This document shows positions 9,426 to 18,240 of a stretch of DNA of 43,919 nucleotides, piece after piece. The stretch lies in contig JAITCV010000049.1 in NCBI GenBank assembly GCA_031282905.1, positions 1-43,919 on the forward strand. Direction: 5' to 3'. The position numbers and the translations under genes were made by a program. The stretch comes from Azoarcus sp. Its GTDB lineage: Bacteria > Pseudomonadota > Gammaproteobacteria > Burkholderiales > Rhodocyclaceae. Within the stretch, counting starts at the first letter, position 1. Every line of letters begins with the position of its first letter. The notes beneath the pieces are model-generated. The model saw nothing but the letters and a program-made list of their open reading frames with translations. It was not told where the DNA came from and searched no databases.

Positions 9426-9453
9426 AAGCGCCATAATTTGCATTATGTAAACT
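9426..9453 (+). other. dif: XerC/XerD dif site (probable chromosome dimer resolution site at the terminus)
   Basis: AAGCGCCATAA-TTTGCA-TTATGTAAACT (11-6-11) versus E. coli GGTGCGCATAA-TGTATA-TTATGTTAAAT; intergenic; G/C skew and KOPS polarity switch here. Confidence 0.8.
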
Positions 9454-9748
9454 TAGATACGGTTGCGCGTTTATACGGCTGCGCGCTTCATCATCGTTCG
9501 ATCCGTGGCCATCACCTGGTTCATTCGCTCCATCGCCTCATTCATGCGCCTCTGCACCGCCTCATTCCCTGGCTGGATCAAATGGCGGCAAACCGCATGA
9601 ACCAACATCCGATCCACGCCTGACGCCTGACAACGGGAAAATATGCTTTCCCTGCCCCGACGTGAGCGGAGTCGCGGCGTGTCAAGGGGAAACTCTTTAC
9701 CTGGATTACCCGTCACTGGCGGCGTAACGGCGTAACCCAGGCTATCCC

Positions 9749-11668
9749 TCAGTGTGTCATTGTCAGCATCAACTGGTTGACGCGTTTGACGAAGCTCGCC
9801 GGATCGTCAAGGGTGCCGCCTTCCGCCAGGAGCGCCTGGTCGAAAAGCACCACCGCCCAATCGTCGAAACGTTCATCCTCGGACTTGAGCCGCCGCACTA
9901 CCGGGTGATGCGGATTGATTTCGAGAATGGGCTTCACCACCGGCGCGTTCTGCCCCGCCGCCTTGAGGATGCGGGACAAGTTCATGCCGGGATCGTGCTC
10001 ATCGACAACGAGGCAGGCGGGCGAATCGGTCAGGCGCAAGCTCACCCGCACCTCCTTGATCCGCTCGCCCAGGCTCGTCTTCATTTTTTCGAGCAGCGCC
10101 TTGTATTCACTGGCGGCCTGCTCGGTTTCCTTTTTCTCCGCCTCCTCTTCGAGTTGGCCGAGATCGAGCCCGCCACGCGCCACCGATACCAGCGTCTTGT
10201 CGTCGAATTCGGTCAGGTTGCCCATCACCCATTCATCGACACGATCGGACAAAAGCAGCACCTCGACGCCTTTCTTGCGGAACACTTCGAGATGAGGGCT
10301 GTTTTTCGCCGCGTTGAAACTCTCGGCGGTGATGTAATAGATTTTGTCCTGCCCTTCCTTCATCCGCCCGATGTAATCCTTGAGTGAAACGACCTCGTCA
10401 GGAGTATCGGCATGGGTAGACGCAAAGCGCAGCAAACCGGCAATCTTATCCTTGTTGGCGAAATCCTCGCCCACGCCTTCTTTCAGCACTTTGCCGAATT
10501 CGCCCCAGAACCTGGCGTATTTCTCGCGGTCGGCCGTCTCGTCGCTATTGGCGAGACTTTCAAGCAGGCTCAATACTTTCTTGGCGCAGCCCTGGCGGAT
10601 GGCATCGATGTCGCGCGATTCCTGCAAAATCTCGCGCGAAATGTTGAGCGGCAAATCCGCCGAATCGACCACTCCGCGCACGAAACGCAGGTAAAGCGGC
10701 ATCAGCTTCTCGGCGTCATCCATGATGAAAACGCGCCTCACATAAAGCTTCACCCCATGGCGGGCATTGCGATCCCACAGGTCGAACGGCGCGTGCGCCG
10801 GAATGTAGAGCAACTGGGTATATTCCTGGCGGCCTTCGACCTTGGCGTGCGTCCACGCCAGCGGCTCCTCGTAATCGTGGCCGACGTGCTTGTAGAATGC
10901 CTTGTAATCATCATCACCGATCTCATTGCGTGGGCGCGTCCACAGGGCGTTGGCCTGGTTGACGGTCTCATTCTCATCGAGTCTGACCTGGGCTTTTTGT
11001 TCCTCGTCCCATTTTTCCTTCCGCATCAGGATGGGCTGGACGATGTGATCGGAATATTTGCGAATCAGGCCCCTGAGCTTCCAGCCCGACAGCAGATCTT
11101 CTTGCCCATCACGCAGGTGCAAGGTGATCAGGGTGCCGCGAGCCGCCTCGCCCACCGTTTCGACGGTATATGCTCCGGCCGTCTCGCCGGTCATCGCACA
11201 TTCCCAGCGCACCCCGGCGGAAGCAGGCAATCCGGCGCGGCGCGTGACCACCGTCACCTTGTCGGCGACGATGAAAGCAGAATAGAAGCCAACGCCGAAC
11301 TGGCCGATCAGATGAGCATCCTTTTGCTGATCGCCCGTGAGCTGGCCGAAAAACTCGCGTGTGCCGGACTTGGCGATCGTGCCCAGGTTGGTCACGACCT
11401 CATCGCGGCTCATGCCGATACCATTATCGCGGATCGTGATCGTTTTCGCGCTCTCGTCGAAATCCACCCGGATATCGAGTTCGCCCTTGCCCTCGAACAA
11501 TTCGGGATGGTCGAGCGCCTCGAAGCGAAGCTTGTCGCAGGCATCCGACGCATTCGAAATCAGCTCACGCAGGAAAATCTCGCGATTGGAATAGAGCGAA
11601 TGAATCATCAGGTGAAGCAATTGCTTCACCTCGGCCTGGAAATTCAGGGTTTCGGCGGTCTGTGTCAT
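9749..11668 (-). CDS. htpG: molecular chaperone HtpG (Hsp90)
   Basis: [61 protein letters not shown]. Confidence 0.99.
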   Translation of the reverse strand: MTQTAETLNFQAEVKQLLHLMIHSLYSNREIFLRELISNASDACDKLRFEALDHPELFEGKGELDIRVDFDESAKTITIRDNGIGMSRDEVVTNLGTIAKSGTREFFGQLTGDQQKDAHLIGQFGVGFYSAFIVADKVTVVTRRAGLPASAGVRWECAMTGETAGAYTVETVGEAARGTLITLHLRDGQEDLLSGWKLRGLIRKYSDHIVQPILMRKEKWDEEQKAQVRLDENETVNQANALWTRPRNEIGDDDYKAFYKHVGHDYEEPLAWTHAKVEGRQEYTQLLYIPAHAPFDLWDRNARHGVKLYVRRVFIMDDAEKLMPLYLRFVRGVVDSADLPLNISREILQESRDIDAIRQGCAKKVLSLLESLANSDETADREKYARFWGEFGKVLKEGVGEDFANKDKIAGLLRFASTHADTPDEVVSLKDYIGRMKEGQDKIYYITAESFNAAKNSPHLEVFRKKGVEVLLLSDRVDEWVMGNLTEFDDKTLVSVARGGLDLGQLEEEAEKKETEQAASEYKALLEKMKTSLGERIKEVRVSLRLTDSPACLVVDEHDPGMNLSRILKAAGQNAPVVKPILEINPHHPVVRRLKSEDERFDDWAVVLFDQALLAEGGTLDDPASFVKRVNQLMLTMTH

Positions 11669-11708
11669 CAGGGGTTCTCCATCAAGGGCAAAAACAGGGT
11701 GTTCGCCC

Positions 11709-11736
11709 AGATGGGGACAAGCCGAACGATTTCAAG
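11709..11736 (-). promoter_or_regulatory. sigma32 (RpoH) heat-shock promoter of htpG
   Basis: Minus strand CTTGAAA-N13-CCCCATCT about 40 nt upstream of the htpG start. Confidence 0.85.
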
Positions 11737-11831
11737 TGGGAAGGACAAAACAGCGTGGCGGCAGCATCCAGACGAAAGGCGTACCTTCGCCGATGCTTTG
11801 CCCGGCTATCCTCTTGTATTGTTTTGTTCTT

Positions 11832-11891
11832 GATGGAGCTTTTCATCAACGGCAACAACTGTAGGGGCGGCACGGCGCGCCGTGCCCCTAC
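11832..11891 (+). repeat. about 60-bp dispersed repeat, copy B, with GTAG-type REP palindrome
   Basis: GATGGAGCTTTTCATCAACGGCAACAACT followed by GTAGGGGC(GGC)ACGGCGCGCCGTGCCCCTAC; 2 substitutions and a 3-nt insertion relative to copy A. Confidence 0.9.
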
Positions 11892-12022
11892 AAGGCCACG
11901 CCGTCAAAGCTCAGCCGATCCTCCGTGCTCGCCTCCTTCTCCGCTATACAGAACATCATCATCGGTACCGCCATGCAACCTCACTGCCGCGTTTCCACGG
12001 ACTTCGCTGCCAGTGCGTCTGC

Positions 12023-12949
12023 CTACAAGGATGCATACAAGATAAAATCTGGTCCGATCTTGCGGCACCAAAAGCGATATTTTGGCACCATGTTCTTGAC
12101 CAATCGGGGAATCACCCACATGTCGGATAGACGGTGATATAAACAAATGGCAAGGCGCGGTTTGTATTCCGCAATGATTCCTTGCGCCCCTTTCAGGGCA
12201 TCGACTTCTCCGCCTTCCAAATCCATTTTGATGAAATCCGGTTTCACTTCATTTTCCCGGCACCAATCATCCAAAGTGACGACAGGGACTGAATATGCGC
12301 CTTCTTCCTCTGGTATCAAGTAAATACTGTCCGCCCCTTTGTTGGCATCCACGGATAGACTCATTCGACCCGATGTCGCCCCCAAGCCAACATCCACTGG
12401 TACGATACGACCAGGCTCGAATTGTTGTGCATTTACACACAGATAGCTGAAAGATCTTGGTACTGGTTCAAAGGCAAAAACCTTTTCCGCGCCCTTGCTT
12501 GCTGCCCAGAGAGCAGATTCTCCACAATAGGCGCCGCAGTCCAAAAAGACATCCCCTTCCCGTAGTGTTACCTCACCATACTGGTACGGTTCAAGGACAA
12601 AGAAGGCAGCATATACATTTCGTATGGTCCGTTCATCAGCGGGAAATTTCAATGTCGGCAATCTACCCCCTGCCAATAGAACATCCAGTTCCTGCAAAGC
12701 GCGCGATGAAATTCGCTCCCACTCATCGGTCTTGATTATACCAGCATAATGCACCGCGCTTTCATTGCCCAGCAGACCGCGCAACACTACAAACGCCAAT
12801 TCTTGCTGGAATTGGTCACGACTCGATTCGTCGGCCAGCCAACGCTTGATTTCCTCTATCTCATCACACGCCGCCACCAAAGGCGTGACCGCCTGATTTA
12901 CCAGGCAATCCATCAACTGCTTGACCCGTTCTACCGCATGGACACTCAT
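12023..12949 (-). CDS. FkbM family SAM-dependent methyltransferase
   Basis: VFLDCGAYCGE, VFAFEP, VTLDDW....PDFIKMDLEGGE..AL.GA......KPRLAICLYH; lower GC; GAGG RBS before Met 12949. Confidence 0.9.
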   Translation of the reverse strand: MSVHAVERVKQLMDCLVNQAVTPLVAACDEIEEIKRWLADESSRDQFQQELAFVVLRGLLGNESAVHYAGIIKTDEWERISSRALQELDVLLAGGRLPTLKFPADERTIRNVYAAFFVLEPYQYGEVTLREGDVFLDCGAYCGESALWAASKGAEKVFAFEPVPRSFSYLCVNAQQFEPGRIVPVDVGLGATSGRMSLSVDANKGADSIYLIPEEEGAYSVPVVTLDDWCRENEVKPDFIKMDLEGGEVDALKGAQGIIAEYKPRLAICLYHRLSDMWVIPRLVKNMVPKYRFWCRKIGPDFILYASL

Positions 12950-13185
12950 GGCAAGGCTTCCTCGCAGAAAGAAGTATATGATAAAGGCGTGTTGCACCCC
13001 CCCGTACCGCACCCGCATTGCACCATATCGTTCTCCAGAAAACATGACTTTTATTCTACCAGCCCAATGTCGACGCAAACCAGGCCCGACGCCCGGCACG
13101 CCCAGGCTCTACATGTCGACATGCCGTCCGCCGCATCCCCGCCATATAATTACCCCTGCCATCATCCGCGCTTTCGAGCCTTGCC

Positions 13186-13572
13186 ATGAACTTCGAAAAA
13201 GTCATCTTCGGTTTCTTCATCCTGCTTGCCGCCACGCTGAACTTCGGCTTTTTCATTGGTGCGGTGGATGATCCGGTACAGCACGATATCTATGAGCTTT
13301 TCGCCGCGCTGGTGGTCAGTTTGATCGCAACCCTGCTCAAACTCGGCGACCGTACCCACATCGGCGCCATCCACCTTGCCACCAGCCTGGTTGCGGATCT
13401 GCAATTGCTGGCGGCGGCGATGGTCTGGGGCTATGCGTCGCATGTCACGGGCGCCGATCCGCTTTCCGCCAGCATGACCGCCCGGGTCGTGTCGTTGTCG
13501 GGCGGCGCGTTTTTCGCCAACTCGGTTTCAGTCGTCATCCTGATTGCCGAAACCATCATGCAACGGCGCTGA
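13186..13572 (+). CDS. small membrane protein (DUF6394-like)
   Basis: MNFEKVIFGFFILLAATLNFGFF.G...LKLGDRT...LATSLVADLQL; about four hydrophobic segments; 12 nt upstream of the K+ channel gene. Confidence 0.75.
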   Translation: MNFEKVIFGFFILLAATLNFGFFIGAVDDPVQHDIYELFAALVVSLIATLLKLGDRTHIGAIHLATSLVADLQLLAAAMVWGYASHVTGADPLSASMTARVVSLSGGAFFANSVSVVILIAETIMQRR

Positions 13573-13584
13573 GGCCGGCCCGAA

Positions 13585-15303
13585 ATGGCGTCTCCGCTTG
13601 CCTCTCCGTCGCGCCATCACAGCATCTTCCTGATGATCATGCGCCGCTTGCGCGCGCCACTGATCCTGCTTGTCGTCATCATTTCGAGTTCGGTGCTGGG
13701 CCTCACCCTGATTCCGGGGCCGGAAATCGATGGACAGGCTCGATACCTGAGTTTTTTCCACGCTTTCTATTTCATCAGCTACACCGCGACCACCATCGGT
13801 TTCGGTGAAATCCCCTACTCTTTTTCCGACCAGCAGCGTTTGTGGGTGATGTTCTGCATCTACTTGTCTGTCATCGGTTGGGCCTACACCATCGGCACCG
13901 TGTTCGCCCTCCTCGCCGACCGCAACCTGCAACAGGCCATCGCCATGCTGCGCTTCAGCCGCGCGGTGCGCCGCCTCGCCGACCCGTTTTACCTTGTCTG
14001 CGGCTATGGCGAAACCGGGCGGCTGATCTGTCAGGCGCTGGATCAACGTGGTTTCCGCATGGTGGTGATCGAAGTCGACGAAACCCGCGCCGGGGAAGTC
14101 GATCTTTATAGTTATACCGCTGACGTTCCCACCCTCACCGCCGATGCGGGCAACCCGGACACCTTGCAAAGCGCGGGACTGACTCACCCCAATTGCATCG
14201 GCGTCATCGCGCTCGCCGACAGCGACGCCGCCAATCTGGCGATCTCGATCAGCGCGCGCCTGCTCGCTCCTCGCCTGCCGGTGCTGGCGCGAGCCGCAAC
14301 CCGCGAGACCGCCGCAAACATGGCTTCTTTCGGCACCGCCCACATCATCAATCCATTCGAACGGTTCAGCCACAGCCTGGGACTGGCGCTGCATGCTCCG
14401 GCAGCCTGGCACCTGCTCACCTGGCTCACGGGCTTGCCGGGAAGCGCCATCAAACGCCACCGCACGCCCCCACATGGTCACTGGATATTGTGCGGGCATG
14501 GACGTTTCGGTCGTCTGATGCTCGATGCCATGGATATGGAATCGATCCCGGTGACCATCATCGACCACCATCCCCAGAGCAACATCGACCACCTGTGGAT
14601 ACAGGGCGATGCCACCGGCCCGGCCGCGCTTGAAGCCGCGGGTATCAACGATGCGGCCGGGCTGGTCGCCTGTACCAATTCGGATATCGACAATCTGTCG
14701 ATCGCGGTGACCGCGCGCATGCTGAACAAGAATACCTTCATCATCATCCGCCAGAATCATTATTCCAATCGCGCCTTGTTTACCGCGTTCGAGTCGGACA
14801 TCACCGTCATTCCCAGCGAGATCATCGCCCACGAGTGCCTGGCGATTCTCTCCACCCCGCTGCTCGCGCCTTTTCTCGAAGTCATCCGCCAGCGCGACGA
14901 AGAATGGTGCAACTGGCTGCTCCAACGCATGACCCGGCGCATGGGCTGGACCGTGCCGGAAATCTGGAGCGCGCGCATCAATTTCACCCAGGCGCCCGCG
15001 CTTTACCGCCGCCTGATGCGCGGCGAAACCATCGCCCTCGACCAAATCCTGCATTCGCATGCCAACCGCTATGAATACCTCGCCTGCGAGGCGCTCTACT
15101 TGAGCCGCGACAACGATGATGCCCTCACCATCCCCGCCGCCGCCACGCCGATCCATCCGGGCGATGAATTGCTGCTTGCCGGTCACCCAGGCGCGCGGGC
15201 GGCGTTCGAACTCAATATCGGCAATGAGCACGCGCTCAATTACATCCTCACTGGCGATGAGTTGCGTGGAAGCTGGCTGTGGGAAAAATTCGGTCGCCAC
15301 TGA
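13585..15303 (+). CDS. potassium channel family protein (2TM pore plus two RCK/TrkA-N domains)
   Basis: Pore motif YTATTIGFGE; Rossmann motifs LVCGYGETG and ILCGHGRFG. Confidence 0.9.
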   Translation: MASPLASPSRHHSIFLMIMRRLRAPLILLVVIISSSVLGLTLIPGPEIDGQARYLSFFHAFYFISYTATTIGFGEIPYSFSDQQRLWVMFCIYLSVIGWAYTIGTVFALLADRNLQQAIAMLRFSRAVRRLADPFYLVCGYGETGRLICQALDQRGFRMVVIEVDETRAGEVDLYSYTADVPTLTADAGNPDTLQSAGLTHPNCIGVIALADSDAANLAISISARLLAPRLPVLARAATRETAANMASFGTAHIINPFERFSHSLGLALHAPAAWHLLTWLTGLPGSAIKRHRTPPHGHWILCGHGRFGRLMLDAMDMESIPVTIIDHHPQSNIDHLWIQGDATGPAALEAAGINDAAGLVACTNSDIDNLSIAVTARMLNKNTFIIIRQNHYSNRALFTAFESDITVIPSEIIAHECLAILSTPLLAPFLEVIRQRDEEWCNWLLQRMTRRMGWTVPEIWSARINFTQAPALYRRLMRGETIALDQILHSHANRYEYLACEALYLSRDNDDALTIPAAATPIHPGDELLLAGHPGARAAFELNIGNEHALNYILTGDELRGSWLWEKFGRH

Positions 15304-15386
15304 TGCTGTTTCGTCGTTCTTGTGAAATTTTTCCAGCCCTTTTCCAGAAGCGAAAGACAAGCGATTTGCGCTCCCCGGCAAGGCCA

Positions 15387-15412
15387 GTAGGGGCGACGCA
15401 TGCATCGCTCCT
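15387..15412 (+). repeat. degenerate GTAG-type REP
   Basis: GTAGGGGCGACGCATGCATCGCTCCT, an imperfect palindrome in intergenic DNA. Confidence 0.6.
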
Positions 15413-15572
15413 GAAAGTCCACGGGGCGCTCGCTTTCGATGAGCTTGGCGGGTGAAACACACGACTTTTCCTCCACTTTGAATGACCTTGCACCGGTTTC
15501 TTCAATGCGATTGCCTGCCTGTGCTCATGCGCATGATGTAGAGTGGCGACCTTTACCTGAACTTGGTGAGTC

Positions 15573-15944
15573 ATGACCCTTCCTCCTCCCAAAGGCCGCG
15601 TCGGCATTGCACGCATCGCCGCCGCGGCGGTTTATTCCCGTGATGGGCTCGCGGCCGCTTTCCGGAGCGAGGCGGCGTTCCGCCAGCTCATGCTGCTGCA
15701 TGCCATACTGATTCCGCTGGCTTTCTTCTGCCCGGTGAGCCGGGGCGAGCGGGCGCTGATGATCGCGGCGTGCCTGTTGTCGCTCATCGTGGAACTGTTC
15801 AATTCGGCGATCGAGGCCGTGGTCGATCGCATCTCGGAAGAGCGCCATCCGCTGTCGAAAAATGCCAAGGATATGGGAAGCGCGGCGCAATTGCTCGCCC
15901 TGGCGATGGTCGCCGCGGTGTGGGGCGTGATCTTGCTGGGCTGA
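15573..15944 (+). CDS. dgkA: diacylglycerol kinase
   Basis: YS..GL.AAFRSEAAFRQ, VELFNSAIEAVVDRIS.E.HPLSKNAKDMGSAA. Confidence 0.95.
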   Translation: MTLPPPKGRVGIARIAAAAVYSRDGLAAAFRSEAAFRQLMLLHAILIPLAFFCPVSRGERALMIAACLLSLIVELFNSAIEAVVDRISEERHPLSKNAKDMGSAAQLLALAMVAAVWGVILLG

Positions 15945-15966
15945 TCCGAACCGACAAGGGATAATC

Positions 15967-17088
15967 ATGACCAGAAAAATGTTGCGCCGCGCACTGAGCT
16001 CCGTGGCGGTGGTGGCGGCACTGGCGGCGGTCGCGGGTTGCCATTTGCTCCAGGTATTCGGGGATACGCCTTCCGCAGAAGAGATGGCGGCTTACGACGA
16101 GCGGCCTTATTTCAAGGATGGCCTGTTCCAGAGTCCTGAAGCCTTGCCGCGTTTTCCGGAACGCATCACGGGGCCCGGTCCTGCTGGCTGGCTTCGTTTC
16201 ATCTCGCCCAATCCAAACGCGCCCGATATGCCCTTGCCCAAGGTCGCGCTCGATAAATCTTCTTTTGCTGCCACGCCTGCCGATTTTGCCGCCTATTGGC
16301 TTGGACATTCTTCGCTCATCATCGAACTGGAAGGAAAAAGGCTGCTGGTCGATCCCGTATTTGGCAATGCCGCGCCCGTGCCCGGCATCGTCCGCCGTTT
16401 TGGCGATGCGCCTTTGGAACGCGAGCAGTTGCCGGCGCTCGATTACGTACTCATTACCCACGATCATTACGATCATCTCGAATATGCGACCATGCGCGCG
16501 CTGCGCAATGACAGCGTTCATTTCGTCGTGCCTCTCGGCGTCGGCGCGCATTTGCGGAAATGGGGAATCGCCGCGCACCGCATTCATGAAATCGGCTGGG
16601 GCGAGGTCTATAGCGCGGGCGGCCTGACCATTGCTTCGGAACGCACCATCCATTATTCCGGGCGGACGTTCGGCACCCGCAACCGGTCATTGTGGACATC
16701 CTATGCCTTGAAAGGGCAGCGATTACGGGTATTCATCAGCGGCGATTCAGGTTATGGCGAGCATTTCAAGGATATTGGCGAAAAGCATGGACCATTCGAT
16801 CTGGCTTTCATCGAAATAGATGGCTGGAATCCCGGCTGGCCAAAGACGCATATGTTTCCGGAAGAGGTCATCCGCGTTTACCACGATATTGGCGCGCGCG
16901 CTTTCGTGCCCGTGCATTGGGGCGTTTTCGATCTTGCCCGCCATCCGTGGGACGAATCCATCAGATTGATTGCCGATTTGTCGGCAAGGGCGGGTGATGT
17001 GAATCTGCTTACCCCGCTCATGGGCGAAAAGCTGATTCCCGGAGAAACCAAGACAAACGCATGGTGGGAACGTGCCGGGAAAAAATAG
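15967..17088 (+). CDS. MBL-fold metallo-hydrolase (RomA/NAPE-PLD-like), probable lipoprotein
   Basis: Lipobox-like VAGC, WLGHSS, ITHDHYDHL, SGDSGY, PVHWGVF. Confidence 0.88.
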   Translation: MTRKMLRRALSSVAVVAALAAVAGCHLLQVFGDTPSAEEMAAYDERPYFKDGLFQSPEALPRFPERITGPGPAGWLRFISPNPNAPDMPLPKVALDKSSFAATPADFAAYWLGHSSLIIELEGKRLLVDPVFGNAAPVPGIVRRFGDAPLEREQLPALDYVLITHDHYDHLEYATMRALRNDSVHFVVPLGVGAHLRKWGIAAHRIHEIGWGEVYSAGGLTIASERTIHYSGRTFGTRNRSLWTSYALKGQRLRVFISGDSGYGEHFKDIGEKHGPFDLAFIEIDGWNPGWPKTHMFPEEVIRVYHDIGARAFVPVHWGVFDLARHPWDESIRLIADLSARAGDVNLLTPLMGEKLIPGETKTNAWWERAGKK

Positions 17089-17225
17089 CAGGAAAGGTCG
17101 TTTTGAATGTCGTTTATCCGCGAGAAGTACGAAACGGCATATAATGATGGCCGGGCATTCGTCGCGCATGAATACGGACGGATTCATGACTTGCTCATTC
17201 TCCTCTCCCGGTTTTGATCTCAGCT

Positions 17226-17254
17226 TTGACAAAAGGCGCTCGATCCAATAGAAT
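17226..17254 (+). promoter_or_regulatory. near-consensus sigma70 promoter upstream of the slt gene
   Basis: TTGACA-N17-TAGAAT. Confidence 0.75.
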
Positions 17255-17486
17255 CCGGCCCGTTCCGTTGCAGTATTTGTCATTATTCGTCGCTATTGGT
17301 CATTACTACTTCGGCGCTATTTCCTGTATTTACACGCATCTGCCGGGAATGCGCTGTCCATGTGGCGGGTCTGGTTGCAACCTGCCGCTTTACCTTACTG
17401 GCGATCGGAAGTCTGTCGGCCCGGTCATGTGGAACTCATGTGGAACTGACCGGGCGCGGGCGACGATCACGGCATGGAGGACAACT

Positions 17487-18191
17487 ATGAGTCATGCAAC
17501 ATCCTTCTCCGATCGCGCGCATCGCGCAGCGATCCATCTGTCCCGGCTGGCGCGTGGCGGCACGCTGGTGATGCTGGGCATGGCCGCGGTGCTCTACCCG
17601 CACAACAGGCGGACAGAAACCAATATGAGCAGCGAGTCCGTGGTCGCGGTCGCGGAAGCGCCGTCGTTTGCCGAAATGGCGCTGGTGGTCATGGAGGAAT
17701 CGAAGCCGAGCCAGCTATCGCGTGAGATGGCGCAGGTGTCCGATTGGGTGTCGCAACGTTACCGGGTGTCGACGGTCATGCTCGAACCCGCCTTGCGCGC
17801 CGCCGAGGAATCGGGCCGCCGCATCGGCGTCGATCCCCTGCTGCTGGTGGCGATGATGGCGGTGGAGTCGAGCTTCAATCCCTTCGCGGAAAGCCGGGTG
17901 GGCGCGCAAGGCTTGATGCAAGTGATTCCGCGCTTCCATCTGGACAAACTGAGCAGTGACATGGGCGAAGATGCGCTCTTCGACCCGGTGATCAATGTGC
18001 GTGTTGGCGCATTGGTCCTCTACGAAGGTTTGAACCGTTACGGCAGCCTGCAGACGGCCTTGCAATATTACGGCGGCGCGATGAACGATCCCGCGGCCGC
18101 GTATGCGCGCAAGGTGTTGGCGATGAAGCAACGCCTCGCCACGGCCGCGGGCCGTAAAAGCGAAGTGGCGAGCAAGGGCGAGGCGGTTTGA
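17487..18191 (+). CDS. lytic transglycosylase (SLT domain)
   Basis: DPLLLVAMMAVESSFNPFAES.VGAQGLMQV, N..VGA..L, AL..YGG; GGAGG RBS before ATG 17487. Confidence 0.9.
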   Translation: MSHATSFSDRAHRAAIHLSRLARGGTLVMLGMAAVLYPHNRRTETNMSSESVVAVAEAPSFAEMALVVMEESKPSQLSREMAQVSDWVSQRYRVSTVMLEPALRAAEESGRRIGVDPLLLVAMMAVESSFNPFAESRVGAQGLMQVIPRFHLDKLSSDMGEDALFDPVINVRVGALVLYEGLNRYGSLQTALQYYGGAMNDPAAAYARKVLAMKQRLATAAGRKSEVASKGEAV

Positions 18192-18240
18192 TCTGATCAC
18201 GGCCGCCGCCCGTGCTTTGAGGTAGAACGATGTGCACGTC

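Noticed and set aside
9426-9453. Site as one of a pair of plasmid-type pdif sites
   Set aside because: I found no second dif-like site by eye. The context is chromosomal, and the skew and KOPS switch favours the true dif.
12180-12202. CGCCCCTTTCAGGGC REP-like hairpin
   Set aside because: It lies inside the FkbM coding frame (ALKGA) and is explained by the protein sequence.
17214-17486. N-terminal ORF extensions of slt (also of gloA, hicB, bioC, bioF, bioH, gloB, cadR, fliA)
   Set aside because: The extensions are not protein-like; better starts with an RBS or stop-start coupling lie downstream.
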